Sequence record: SRR2962707_5509
Direction: 5' to 3' (one strand)
DNA: 35,229 bases
Part shown: piece after piece, positions 18,908 to 28,717 of the stretch
How the letters are laid out: every line of letters starts with the position of its first letter
Position numbering within the stretch: position 1 is the stretch's first letter
The notes under the pieces: model-generated
Databases searched by the model: none
Seen by the model: the letters and a program-made list of their open reading frames with translations, nothing else
Told to the model about the DNA's origin: nothing
Made by a program: the position numbers and the translations under genes

Positions 18908-19024
18908 ACCGACGGAGGCATTGCGGTCGCCCAAACCTTCGCACAACGGCCCCTGTGCCGTGGGATGTGCGATAATGCCCACTACCCTCCATGCCCGAGG
19001 CAATTCACGGGATGGGACTAGAGA

Positions 19025-19051
19025 GGTAACATCGGTAACACTGGTAACGTC
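19025..19051. repeat. Three GGTAAC direct repeats at 9-bp period (iteron-like)
   Basis: GGTAACATC-GGTAACACT-GGTAACGTC starting at 19025, 19034 and 19043. Confidence 0.8.
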
Positions 19052-19136
19052 GGGCTCGCGCACCCCTTGCGTAGAGCAATTGGTTTAACAACAGCCTGTC
19101 GCTCTGAAGCCGCCCGCCCAGAATCCGTCGGCAGAA

Positions 19137-19925
19137 TCACGATGACTCAGTTCTTGCGTCACAAGCCTGCGCATTTGAAAGACCGATCACTTCAACGTCG
19201 ACCACGTAGTACCGGGTCGGAATTCCGTTGACGGGGTGCCGGTGGACAGACTGACACCGCCCCTGTTGCCGCCCAAGGGCGCCCAATCGCGCCAAAGCTC
19301 GGGTGATCAAGACTGAGCTGGTCTCCCCGCACAGATCCGCCCACGCTGCCGCAGTCAGATGGGCCTTGCTTCCGCGCCGATAGCCTGGAGCATCGACGAT
19401 CGCAGTCTCCCATTCCGGCAAGGTCGGCAGCAGCTCGGCCAGCCTGGTTTTGAAACCAGCGAGTGGGTCAGGCTGTGATACATCTTGGATGCGGGACCAG
19501 CTCTCCGCGCAAAGGGCGATCGCCTCCTGCACGTTGTTTGCCGCCATGGACAGCACGCCTTGGCGGATGGCCAGCTCACCTGCCGCGGCAAGGATCCCGA
19601 AATTCCCGTAGCCTCGTCGAACGACACTCGAGGCTCCTGCGGGAAGGAAGCGGGACAGGAATGCCGCGCGCCGCCCCCTCAAATAACTTGCCGAACCTTC
19701 AGGATCACTCGCCATGGCCGACAAAAAAGCCAATGCCGGCCCGCCATGAAATGCGCCACAAGCGCTGGTGACGGCCTCCGAGAGAGCGGCCCCATTTTCA
19801 TAGCCATTGAGTGTGTCGTAAATGCCCAGGCCGTGCCCGGCGTCGGCGTCGACATCCATGATGCGGACCGCTTCTCCGTCCTGACGCTGCGGCGCGGACG
19901 ACCATTCGGCGACCTTCTGGGCGAG
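19137..19925 (-). pseudogene. C-terminal remnant of a DUF927-family helicase/replication protein
   Basis: GEAVRIMDVDADAGHGLGIYDTLNG...GAALSEAV...HGGPALAFL, FGILAAAGELA and AWADLC...RYYVV resemble the DUF927 C-terminal half. The N-terminus and Walker motifs are absent. Confidence 0.72.
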
Positions 19926-20761
19926 CCGCCGCCTGATCGTACGCTCTCCCATTTTTGAGAAACTGCGCAGCCTCTGCTTGCCGCCGGTCGAGTGCTGGCG
20001 CGGTGCAAGGCCGAGCCACGCCGCGAAGTCACGGCCTTCGCGGAACGTCTCGATGGGCGGCGCGAGCGCGATGATGGCGGTTGCAGCGATGGGTCCGATG
20101 CCAAGGATAGTCATCAAACGACGAGCTACCTCGTTCTCCTTCGCGCGCCGCGCAATCTCACGATCAAGCACCGCTATCCGCTTGTCCAGCTCGGCCAGCA
20201 GGTCGACCATAAGCTTGAACATCGGGAGCGCCGCTTCTGGTGAACCGGAGGCCATCTTCTCATCTCAAGAAGGTCAGCCACCCTTGTCATATGGGCGGTC
20301 CCTCGCGGAGCAACCCAGCCGTACTCCGCCAAGTGGCTGCGGATCGCGTTGATGATCTGCGTCCGCTGACGCACCACCAGATCGCGTGTGCGGAACACGA
20401 GCCCTGCGGCCTGCTGCTCCTCGCTTTTCACTGCGACAAAACGCATGCCGGGCCGCTGCGCTGCCTCGCAGATCGCCTCCGCATCGATTGTATCGTTCTT
20501 GTGCCGTTTCACGAAGGGCTTCACGTAGGACGGCGGGATCAGCCGCACCTCATGCCCCGTCGCCTGCAGTTCACGCGCTCAGTGATGCGCGCCGCCGCAT
20601 GCTTCGAGCGCGACAACACATGCGTCCTGCGTGGCAAAAAACTCGAGCAGCTTTCTCCTGGTCAGCTTGCGACTGAAAACCATGGCGCCGCGCTCATTCG
20701 CGCCATGCGCATGAAAAACGCTCTTGGCGATATCCAAACCGATTGTGATAACCTGCGATAC
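19926..20761 (-). pseudogene. IS110-family transposase pseudogene
   Basis: IGLDIAK, LEACGGAHH, KNDTIDAEAI, GIGPIAA, FAAWLGLAPRQHSTGGK. In-frame TGA at 20579-20581 where Trp is expected, a frameshift near 20263, GTA at the expected start position after a GGGAGG RBS, and a truncated C-terminus. Confidence 0.93.
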
Positions 20762-20840
20762 GGATGCCTCCCTCAGTGGCGTTTCAACACCTCCACTTTG
20801 GCACATAGATGCCGTCGGGGGGCGTCCACCCCATCAGCTT
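19926..20840 (-). mobile_element. Truncated IS110-family (probably IS1111-subgroup) element
   Basis: Transposase remnant plus a short upstream end (TGATGGGGTGGACGCCCC...) near 20836; the downstream end is lost. Boundaries are approximate. Confidence 0.8.
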
Positions 20841-20967
20841 TGGAACGCGCCACGCGTGCGTCTTCTGCCCGCGCCGACACCGATCCGTGAGCCGCGTGGA
20901 AGCAGCAAACATTTGATGACGCCACTTGGAGACCGGCCATGTGCCGGAGAGTGTCCAAAAAATTCAA

Positions 20968-22422
20968 CTAGACAAATCGTCCGTTGAACCCTCGCAGGTC
21001 CTCGTAGAGCGCTCGGAAATGTCCGTGCCGATCCGCGTAATGGGCGGCCCGTTCTGCGTCCGGCGTGAACGCCTTGTCGTACCGCACCAGTTCACGGACC
21101 GCTGTTGCCAATGACCCGAAAGCTCCGCTGCCCAATCCCGCAATAATCGCAGCGCCCAAGGCCGCTGCCGCCGGCTGTTCTGCACGGTGCAATGGCACGC
21201 CCAGGACATCGGCCCGGATCTGGCACCAGAGGTCCGACCGCGCGCCACCGCCGCCAATATTGACGAGGGATGGTTTGAGATCAGCAGACTGTTCCAGTGC
21301 CTCGAATGCCCAACGCACAGAATGGGCCACGCCCTCCATCACCGACACGGACATTTCTCCGGGCCCCACGCCGGCATCGAGTCGTGCGAACACCCCACGC
21401 GACTGCGCGTCCCAGATGGGCGCTCGTTCGCCGGCCAGGTGGGGCAGGAAGATCGGTACGCTGGCGGCCGGCTCCACCGCCCCGGCAAGGCCAAACAAGT
21501 CCTCCGGCGTTCGGCCCAGGAGCCTCGACAGCCAGGTGATTGAGGCTCCACCCGATTGTGTGGGCGCGGCATGCATGCGGATGCCCTGGTAGGGCGGAAA
21601 CAGCACCACGCCTCGTGTCGGTAGGACCTTTGAGGAGATGATGCCGGGCACTTCGCTGGTGCCCGATTGATACATCACGTCGCCCTCCGCCACGACCCCG
21701 CAGCCGAACATGCCGGCCCAGGCGTCCATGGCGCCGACCATCACCGGCACGCCGGCGCAGGGCAGGCCGGCCCGAACGCGACCGACGCTGTGGTGAAAGT
21801 CGAAGAGCGGCGGCAATCTTTCCATGGCGCCGGGCACGAGGTCGAGCAGGGGAGCGACATAGTCTCCGGTTTTGTCGACCAACCCGATTGCTGCCACCGG
21901 GTCACCGGCAATCTCCCCGGTCAGTTGCAGGGCAATGTAATCCTTGGGCAGCAGCACATGTCGGGTCGCACCCCAGATTTCCGGCTCGGTACGGGCAATC
22001 ATGGCCATGCGCGCGAGCGCATGGCTGGCATCGATCGGCACCGGCCCGCCGAACCAACGGGTTTTCTGCGCCGTAGTGACCTGGCCGTCCAGCCGGATTG
22101 CATCTTGAGCCGCGCGCGTATCCTGCCAGGTCAAAGCCGGGCGCAGCGGCGCGCCGCCCGTGCCGACAAACACATGGGTATTGACCTGCGACGTCAGCCC
22201 GATCCCGGCCACGCCCTTAAGATCTGACTCCTCGGCAAAATGCTGCAGGGCGGCCAGTACGCTGTCCATCCAGGCGGACGGGTTCTGTTCGGCTTTTCCA
22301 TTGCTGGAGCGGTCCATGCCATGCGGGCGGCTGAACTCGGCCAGGGTCCGCCCCGCGCCATCGATAATGATGACCTTGGTCGACGTCGTGCCGACATCAA
22401 TGCCGATCAGCTTCAAACTCAC
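20968..22422 (-). CDS. FGGY-family carbohydrate kinase (xylulokinase-like)
   Basis: IGIDVGTTSTK, EQNP, TWQDTRA, LLPKDYI, GTSE, FLPHLAGERAPIWD, GGGARSDLWCQIRADV. GTG start at 22422 with GGGAG RBS. Confidence 0.93.
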   Translation of the reverse strand: MSLKLIGIDVGTTSTKVIIIDGAGRTLAEFSRPHGMDRSSNGKAEQNPSAWMDSVLAALQHFAEESDLKGVAGIGLTSQVNTHVFVGTGGAPLRPALTWQDTRAAQDAIRLDGQVTTAQKTRWFGGPVPIDASHALARMAMIARTEPEIWGATRHVLLPKDYIALQLTGEIAGDPVAAIGLVDKTGDYVAPLLDLVPGAMERLPPLFDFHHSVGRVRAGLPCAGVPVMVGAMDAWAGMFGCGVVAEGDVMYQSGTSEVPGIISSKVLPTRGVVLFPPYQGIRMHAAPTQSGGASITWLSRLLGRTPEDLFGLAGAVEPAASVPIFLPHLAGERAPIWDAQSRGVFARLDAGVGPGEMSVSVMEGVAHSVRWAFEALEQSADLKPSLVNIGGGGARSDLWCQIRADVLGVPLHRAEQPAAAALGAAIIAGLGSGAFGSLATAVRELVRYDKAFTPDAERAAHYADRHGHFRALYEDLRGFNGRFV

Positions 22423-22542
22423 CGCGTTCTCCCTCGCATTAGCCCTTGCTGATCCGCCGGGGCGCCATATAGTGCCTTGAAGCAAAAGGAAAACAACCGT
22501 CGGCGAGTGATTTGCCACGGAAGATCTTGAGGAGGGCTCCCC

Positions 22543-23472
22543 TTGCACATCACTTTGAAAGCGGCCGTAACCGGCCTTGCGCTCGCCGCCGCAACGCTGT
22601 CCGCCGGCGCTGCCTATGCCCAGGCCAGGGTGGCTATCGTCACCCCTTACATGGCCCAACCGGGCACCCAGTTTTATGTTGAGGCCTTCCAGGAGGTAGC
22701 AGATGAACAAGGCTGGGACGTCAATGTCATCGATACAGCCGGCGATGTCGCGGCTGTCATCAGCCGCATCGAGGACGTGGTCATCCAGAATGTCGACGCT
22801 ATTGTCATCAATGTTGATCCCACCCAGGTGACAGCCGGTCTGCAGGCCGCCAGCGATGCCGGCATTCCCGTTTTCGGCATGGATGCCGGCTCCGATCCGC
22901 TCCTTGTGACCAATGTGACCTCCAATGGCTATGCCATGGCTGCCGAGACGGCCACTTATGTCGCCGACCGCATCAATGGCCAGGGCAACGTCGTGATGTT
23001 CGTCTTTGACGCCTTCCCGCCCGTGCAGGCGCGTGGCGTCGTTGCCGATGCGGTCTTTGGCAATTATCCCGACATCAATGTGCTCGACCGCGTCACGCCC
23101 GACGTCTCCGATGGCGGCATCGCCGACAGCCGTTCCAAGATGGAAGCCATCCTGGCCGCCAACCCGGAGCCGGGCAGCATTGCCGCTGTCTGGGCGGCCT
23201 GGGATCAGCCTGCTCTGGGCGCGCTGCAGGCCATCGAAGCGGCCGGACGTGAGGGCGAGGGTATCGTCATCACCGGTATCGACGCCAATCCCCAGGCCCG
23301 TGAGGCCATTGGCGCCGGCGGCAATTTCGAGGCTTCGGTGGCCCAGGACTTCGCCGGCATCGGCGCTGCCACTGCCGATGCGGTCGCCCGCGTGCTCGAG
23401 GGCGAGGACTTGCGCCAATCGGTGATCTATGTGCCCACCCAACTGGTCACCGCGGCCAACGCCGACCAATAG
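22543..23472 (+). CDS. Monosaccharide ABC transporter substrate-binding protein (RbsB-like)
   Basis: Signal peptide ending AYA-Q, VDAIVI, AGIPV, AAWDQPALGA, ITGIDA, SVAQD; GGAGGG RBS. Confidence 0.92.
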   Translation: MHITLKAAVTGLALAAATLSAGAAYAQARVAIVTPYMAQPGTQFYVEAFQEVADEQGWDVNVIDTAGDVAAVISRIEDVVIQNVDAIVINVDPTQVTAGLQAASDAGIPVFGMDAGSDPLLVTNVTSNGYAMAAETATYVADRINGQGNVVMFVFDAFPPVQARGVVADAVFGNYPDINVLDRVTPDVSDGGIADSRSKMEAILAANPEPGSIAAVWAAWDQPALGALQAIEAAGREGEGIVITGIDANPQAREAIGAGGNFEASVAQDFAGIGAATADAVARVLEGEDLRQSVIYVPTQLVTAANADQ

Positions 23473-23483
23473 GTGACTGCCTC

Positions 23484-25037
23484 GTGCTGACGATATCAGG
23501 GGAGGGGCCCGCGACGGCCCCTTCCACTTCCCTTCTCTCTGCCAGAGCGGTGACCAAGGCCTATGCGGGCGTTCCTGTCCTCAAGGGCATCGATCTGGTC
23601 ATAGCGCCGGGCGAAATCCATGCCCTGATGGGCGAGAATGGTGCCGGCAAATCCACGCTCATCAAGATCCTCGCCGGCGTCACTGCGCCCGACAGCGCCG
23701 ACATCGCCGTTGACGGCCGCCCCGTCAATATCGAGAATACCAAGGCCGCCTATCGACTGGGCCTGCGCTTCATTCATCAGGAATTCAATGTCGTCCCCAC
23801 ACTGTCTGTGGCGGAGAACATCTTCATGGGCCGGCTCTATCCCCGCCGCGCGGGGCTGTTTGTCGACTGGTCCGCGCTCAATGTTGCCGCGGGCAAGGCC
23901 CTCGCGCGCCTTGGTATCGACCACATAGACCCGCGGCTGACCCTTGGGCAGCTCAGCCTGGGCGATCAGATGCTGGTGCGAATCTCCGCAGCCCTGCTCG
24001 ATGACGCACGCCTCTATGTCATGGACGAACCCACGGCCGCGCTCACCCGTGAGGAGAGCGAGCGGCTTTTCCGCGTGCTGCGGGAAATCCGTGCCAGCGG
24101 CAGTTCCGTGCTTTATGTCTCGCACCGGCTCGACGAGATCATGGCGTTGTGCGATCGCGCCACGGTGCTGCGCGATGGGCGCGCCATTGATAGCGGTCGC
24201 ATGGCCGAGATCACCCATGACGATCTGGTCGCCATGATGATCGGTCGCAAGGTCGAAGAGGCCTACCCGCCGGCCAACTCGGCCACAAGCGCCGAGATTG
24301 TTCTTTCGGTCCGCGGTCTTGCCGCCAATGGCGTCGGCCCCGTTGATCTCGATATCTCAGCAGGCGAAATCCTGGGCATTGCCGGACTTTCCGGTGCTGG
24401 CCAGGCCGAATTGGTGAAGACCATTTTTGGTGACTTGCGCCCCACTGCCGGAACCATGACCTTGCTGGGCGCGCCCTACCGCCCGGGCAGTCCTGCGGCC
24501 GCCTGGGCAAGGGGCGTGGCTTATGTGCCGCGCGAACGGCGTGCGCAAGGCCTGGTTATGCGCCGTCCTGTTTTCGAGAATATTACTCTGGCCCATCTCC
24601 GACGGCAGAGCCTTGGTGGCGTGTGGCTGACCCCACGTCGCGAACAGGCTTTTGCCCGGAGCACGGGCGAAACCATGCAGCTCAAATCCGCCGGCCCGGG
24701 CCAGCCCGTATTCGAGTTGAGCGGAGGCAACCAGCAAAAGGTCGTGCTGGGCAAGGCCGTGGCTGGTGCGCCCAAACTTCTCATCCTCGAAGAGCCGACG
24801 CGGGGTGTCGATATCGGTGCCCGATTTGACATCTATTCCATCCTGCGTGATCTGGCCGCCCAAGGCACCGCCATCCTGCTTGTTTCATCCGACCTGCCCG
24901 AGCTTTTGGGCATGAGCGACCGCATCGCCATCCTGCGCGACGGGCGGATCGACGCGCCTGTCGCGGCCGCCGGGCTGGGCGAGGACGATCTTATCAATCT
25001 TTGCTATGGCCGCTCCACCGGCCGGAAAACGACCTGA
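23484..25037 (+). CDS. Monosaccharide ABC transporter ATP-binding protein (RbsA-like, two NBDs)
   Basis: GENGAGKST, MDEPT, SHRL, LSGGNQQKV, EEPTRGVDIGA. Confidence 0.95.
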   Translation: MLTISGEGPATAPSTSLLSARAVTKAYAGVPVLKGIDLVIAPGEIHALMGENGAGKSTLIKILAGVTAPDSADIAVDGRPVNIENTKAAYRLGLRFIHQEFNVVPTLSVAENIFMGRLYPRRAGLFVDWSALNVAAGKALARLGIDHIDPRLTLGQLSLGDQMLVRISAALLDDARLYVMDEPTAALTREESERLFRVLREIRASGSSVLYVSHRLDEIMALCDRATVLRDGRAIDSGRMAEITHDDLVAMMIGRKVEEAYPPANSATSAEIVLSVRGLAANGVGPVDLDISAGEILGIAGLSGAGQAELVKTIFGDLRPTAGTMTLLGAPYRPGSPAAAWARGVAYVPRERRAQGLVMRRPVFENITLAHLRRQSLGGVWLTPRREQAFARSTGETMQLKSAGPGQPVFELSGGNQQKVVLGKAVAGAPKLLILEEPTRGVDIGARFDIYSILRDLAAQGTAILLVSSDLPELLGMSDRIAILRDGRIDAPVAAAGLGEDDLINLCYGRSTGRKTT

Positions 25038-25039
25038 CC

Positions 25040-26002
25040 ATGCAGCTATTCGTCCGCCGCTACGGCACCCTGATCGGCTTTGTCGCCATTCTGGTCTTCT
25101 TCTCCGTCATGCTGCCGGGCACTTTCCCCACCGCGCGGAACTGGCTCAACATTACCCAGCAGGTTTCCATGCTCATGGTGGTGGCCGCAGGCATGACCAT
25201 CGTCATGGTCATGGGCGATTTCGACCTCAGCGTCGGCTCCACCGCCAGCCTTGCCGGCATTGTTGCCGCCTTGATGATGGCCGCTGGTCAACCGCTCTGG
25301 GCCGCCCTCGCCGTGGCCCTGTTGGCGGGGCTTTTGGGTGGGGTGTTCAATGGCGCGATGGTGTCACTCGTGGGCATTTTGCCGTTCATTGCCACACTTG
25401 CTACCATGACCATGTTTTCCGGGTTCGCCTTTGTCATCAGTGGTGGCAGGACCATCTCCGGGCGGGCCATTCCCGAGGAATTCGGCAGCTTTGCCCGTGG
25501 CGGGGTCTCATTGGGTGAATGGGGCGGGGTGGCTGTCAGCCTGCCCAACTTGTCCATCCTCGCCATCTTGGTGGTGCTGGCGGTCTGGGTGCTCCTCGAA
25601 CAGACCACCTTCGGCCGGCGCCTTTATGCCATTGGCGGTAATATGGAAGCGGCGCATCTGAGCGGTATCGCCGTCAAGCGACTGCGCCTGATTGCCTTTG
25701 CCCTGACCGGCCTGGCCGCTGCCGCTGGTGGCCTGATGTATGCCAGCCGTGTGGCCTCGGCCAACCCTGTCCAGGGCAGCGGGCTTATGCTCAATGCCAT
25801 CGCCGCGGTGTTCTTGGGCACCACCATGTCCCGTCACGGCGAACCCAGAATTCTCGCCACCGTTATTGGTGTACTGGTTCTGGGGGTACTCGATAACGGC
25901 CTCACCCAGATGAGCGTCGACAGCTATGTGCGCCAGGTTCTTGTCGGTGGCCTTATCCTGGTAGCGGTCGCGGCCAGTTCGGTGTCTCAGGCCAGGCGGT
26001 AG
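25040..26002 (+). CDS. Monosaccharide ABC transporter permease (RbsC-like)
   Basis: FDLSVGS, PFIATLA, TFGRRLYAIGGNMEAAHLSGI; ATG at 25040. Confidence 0.95.
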   Translation: MQLFVRRYGTLIGFVAILVFFSVMLPGTFPTARNWLNITQQVSMLMVVAAGMTIVMVMGDFDLSVGSTASLAGIVAALMMAAGQPLWAALAVALLAGLLGGVFNGAMVSLVGILPFIATLATMTMFSGFAFVISGGRTISGRAIPEEFGSFARGGVSLGEWGGVAVSLPNLSILAILVVLAVWVLLEQTTFGRRLYAIGGNMEAAHLSGIAVKRLRLIAFALTGLAAAAGGLMYASRVASANPVQGSGLMLNAIAAVFLGTTMSRHGEPRILATVIGVLVLGVLDNGLTQMSVDSYVRQVLVGGLILVAVAASSVSQARR

Positions 26003-26025
26003 AGCGACTTGCGTGCGGGCTCACT

Positions 26026-26592
26026 TCAGTCGATCAGGATGAATGGCTCGCTCTTGCCGGCATTGCCGAGATTGTCGAAGGCTGCCTTGATAATGTCGCT
26101 GTCTTTTTCGCGCGCTGGATCATAGGTCACCCCACCGACGGCGACGCCCAGGCGGGAGATGCCCTCATTTGTCATGAAGATCGTGTCATCCACCGATTCC
26201 CGGATGCGCTTGGCAACAGTGTCCGCCACCTCCTGTGCCGCGCCGCGCAGGAGCACCGCGAACCTGTAGCCGTAGAGGTGGGTCACCAGATCATCGGCAC
26301 GAACCGCATGCCGGATTGATTGGGACAGCCAGGGCAATACACTTTGGCGACCCTCTTCGGCGAGGGTCTCGATCTCGGTCGACCGTTCGTCCAGGTCAAT
26401 GACCAGAAGGGCGCCTGCAGATTGGAGCCGCTCCGCTTCCAGTATCCTGGTGAACTTGGCCCAATGGATTGCCCCGGTGACCGGATCAAAATCTTCTGGA
26501 TCCAGTTGGGGCATTTCCGGGGCGGGTTTGGCGCGTCGATCCCAATCGCCCGCACTCTTGCCGGTGAACCAGTCCAACCACGACTTGGCCAT
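26026..26592 (-). CDS. Stand-alone degenerate GGDEF-domain protein
   Basis: DPVTG, LLVIDLD, RADDLVTHLYGYRFAVLL, AKRIRE, VAVGG. Start probably ATG at 26592 (GAGGA RBS). Confidence 0.8.
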   Translation of the reverse strand: MAKSWLDWFTGKSAGDWDRRAKPAPEMPQLDPEDFDPVTGAIHWAKFTRILEAERLQSAGALLVIDLDERSTEIETLAEEGRQSVLPWLSQSIRHAVRADDLVTHLYGYRFAVLLRGAAQEVADTVAKRIRESVDDTIFMTNEGISRLGVAVGGVTYDPAREKDSDIIKAAFDNLGNAGKSEPFILID

Positions 26593-26723
26593 CTGCATGT
26601 CCTCAAGTCCAACACAGCGCAAATCATGCCAGACCAAGTCTCAATTTGCGCTAAGGGTGATGGCTGTAATTTTAGCTATATGGCGGTCTGGCAAGACGAT
26701 CCTGCTCCCGGCAAAATGTCCTT

Positions 26724-27314
26724 TCAGAACCGACCCATCTCCGCCTGCACCTTTCCTAGAAATGCATCCCGCTGTTCCTGCGTGACATTGTTCATGTCGT
26801 AGAGCGCGAGATATTTCGGTCTGGTCTGGAAAGTAACCCAGCCCCAACGCATGGCGATGCGGCGGGGCGGGTCGCCCATGAGGAATGTGCGCCAACGGTC
26901 CCCGCCATAGGTGGTGACGAAGGCCGCCTTCTTGATATTACCCAATCCCGGCTTGAGCCTGCCCCGATCATTGCCCCCTTCCATGGTGAAAGAGACACCG
27001 GGCAAGAAGATGCGGTCGAAATAGCCCTTGAGAATGGCCGGGTAGCCGTAGTTCCAGACCGGATGAACAAAAACCAGGGCGTCAGCGGCCCTGAGGCGCT
27101 CGACATAGGGCTTCGTCAGAGGGGTCAGGTTCTCGGGAATGTCGTGATAGCCCAAGCGCTCTTCGCGGGTGAGGACAGCCGGGAAATCCTCCTCATAAAG
27201 ATTGAGCGGATCGACCGCATGCCCGGCCTGTTCAAGGCTCTCGACGGTGGTGTTGAACAGGGCCCGGTTGAAACTGGTTTCAACCGGATGGGCATGGATG
27301 ACGTGGACCCGCAT
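26724..27314 (-). CDS. NAD(P)H-dependent oxidoreductase, flavodoxin-like fold (quinone reductase family)
   Basis: HAHPVETSFN, PVWNYGYPAILKGYFDRIF, TTYGG. ATG overlaps the upstream stop. Confidence 0.9.
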   Translation of the reverse strand: MRVHVIHAHPVETSFNRALFNTTVESLEQAGHAVDPLNLYEEDFPAVLTREERLGYHDIPENLTPLTKPYVERLRAADALVFVHPVWNYGYPAILKGYFDRIFLPGVSFTMEGGNDRGRLKPGLGNIKKAAFVTTYGGDRWRTFLMGDPPRRIAMRWGWVTFQTRPKYLALYDMNNVTQEQRDAFLGKVQAEMGRF

Positions 27315-28717
27315 CAGGCGCTCTGCCGGACTGTGTTGAGCCCGTCGAACAGCCACACTTTGCCGGCATTGAAGTCGAAGTCCGGATTCTCCCAGGCGAC
27401 CATTTTACCTGGGTTGAGGATGCCCTTGGGGTCGGCCTCGCGCTTGAAATCGAGCTGCTTCTGGTCTGTCCGCTTCATGCCGCCTTCCTCAAGCGTGTAG
27501 CGGTGCGGATTAAAGACATTGCAGCCATTGTCCTCATGGATGCGGATAATTTCTTCGAGCCGTTCCTCACTTGTGTAGCGAACCAGCGGCAGGCCGGCGA
27601 AGGTCACCTCTCCATCCTGGCGGGTGATTTCAATATGCATGGGCAGTTCGTCGCCCAGCAATTCGTAGATTTTCTGAACGTGCTCAATGCTCGGATAGCG
27701 CGTCTGGAGATAGGTGATGCTGTTGTCGACCTTGAGCGCGCGCAGTGTCGTGTGGTTCCAGGCCAGCTCATAGACCGGTGGCAGGCGGCGCTTTTCTTCG
27801 TCACTCGCCTGGTCGGCCCGATAGACCAGATCACCCTTGTGATGGGTGACGAACAGCTCCATCGCATCAACCGATACCGGCGCGACCATCAAGAGGACAA
27901 CCGACTGGCCATCCTTGAGATAAGGCTTATGCCGGTTGAAGAATGCCTCGGGGATCGGCGCGGCGCAGGGCGCGACCTCTTTGACAAGCAAGCCATCCTG
28001 CAGCGCAACGGCCTGTGCAAAGGCGGCCGCATCCATGAACTGGTCGAAGCCAACAATCATGTCGACCCAGTCATAAGCCGGTGCCAAGGGCATTTCGGCT
28101 TCAACGATTATGCCGTTGGTGCCATAGGCATGGGCGACTTTGAGGATGTCTTCGCCCTTGAGATCGAGTTCGCGCGGCTCGGCCTCGCAGGTGACGATCT
28201 TGAGGCCCAATATACTGCCCAGATTGCGCAGCCCGCCCCAACGGACTGAGCCGACGCCACCTGAGCCTCCGGCAATAAAGCCGCCCAGCGAGGCCATGCG
28301 GTAGGTCGAGGGGTGAAAGCGCAATTCCCCGCCTACGGCCGCCTTGGTTTCATGGTCCATGGCCTCGAGCACGGCGCCGGCCTGGGCGCGTACGCGATCG
28401 GGCTTGATCTCGAGCACCTTGTCCATATTCATCAAATTGAGCATCGCGCCGCCAGAGAGGGGCATGGCCTGGCCGTAATTGCCCGTGCCGGCTCCGCGCG
28501 GGGTGATGGCCACGCCATGCTTGTAGGCGGCGCGAAGCGTGGTCTTGACCTCTTCGATAGAGCGCGGCGAGACCACCACTTCTGCGGTGACATGGTCGAG
28601 CTTCTCCTTGAGGACCGGCGAATACCAATAGTGGTCGCGGCTGCGCTGCTGCACGATGCGCGGATTATCTTCCTGCGGGATATCACCCAGTTCGGCGCGG
28701 AATTCTGCAATGCTCAT
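27314..28717 (-). CDS. FAD-binding oxidoreductase (GlcD/VAO-type)
   Basis: PRGAGTGNYGQ, SLGGFIAGGSGG, GTNGII, DPKGILNPGK. Confidence 0.92.
   Translation of the reverse strand: MSIAEFRAELGDIPQEDNPRIVQQRSRDHYWYSPVLKEKLDHVTAEVVVSPRSIEEVKTTLRAAYKHGVAITPRGAGTGNYGQAMPLSGGAMLNLMNMDKVLEIKPDRVRAQAGAVLEAMDHETKAAVGGELRFHPSTYRMASLGGFIAGGSGGVGSVRWGGLRNLGSILGLKIVTCEAEPRELDLKGEDILKVAHAYGTNGIIVEAEMPLAPAYDWVDMIVGFDQFMDAAAFAQAVALQDGLLVKEVAPCAAPIPEAFFNRHKPYLKDGQSVVLLMVAPVSVDAMELFVTHHKGDLVYRADQASDEEKRRLPPVYELAWNHTTLRALKVDNSITYLQTRYPSIEHVQKIYELLGDELPMHIEITRQDGEVTFAGLPLVRYTSEERLEEIIRIHEDNGCNVFNPHRYTLEEGGMKRTDQKQLDFKREADPKGILNPGKMVAWENPDFDFNAGKVWLFDGLNTVRQSA

Noticed and set aside
19137-20255. 372-aa ORF as a functional novel transposase-helicase fusion
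   Set aside because: It lacks the IS110 RuvC-like domain and the helicase motifs, and is best explained as a deletion product.
20968-23469. 833-aa ORF suggesting a kinase with a long N-terminal extension
   Set aside because: The extension is the antisense shadow of the binding-protein gene at 22543-23472. Kinase homology and an RBS start at GTG 22422.
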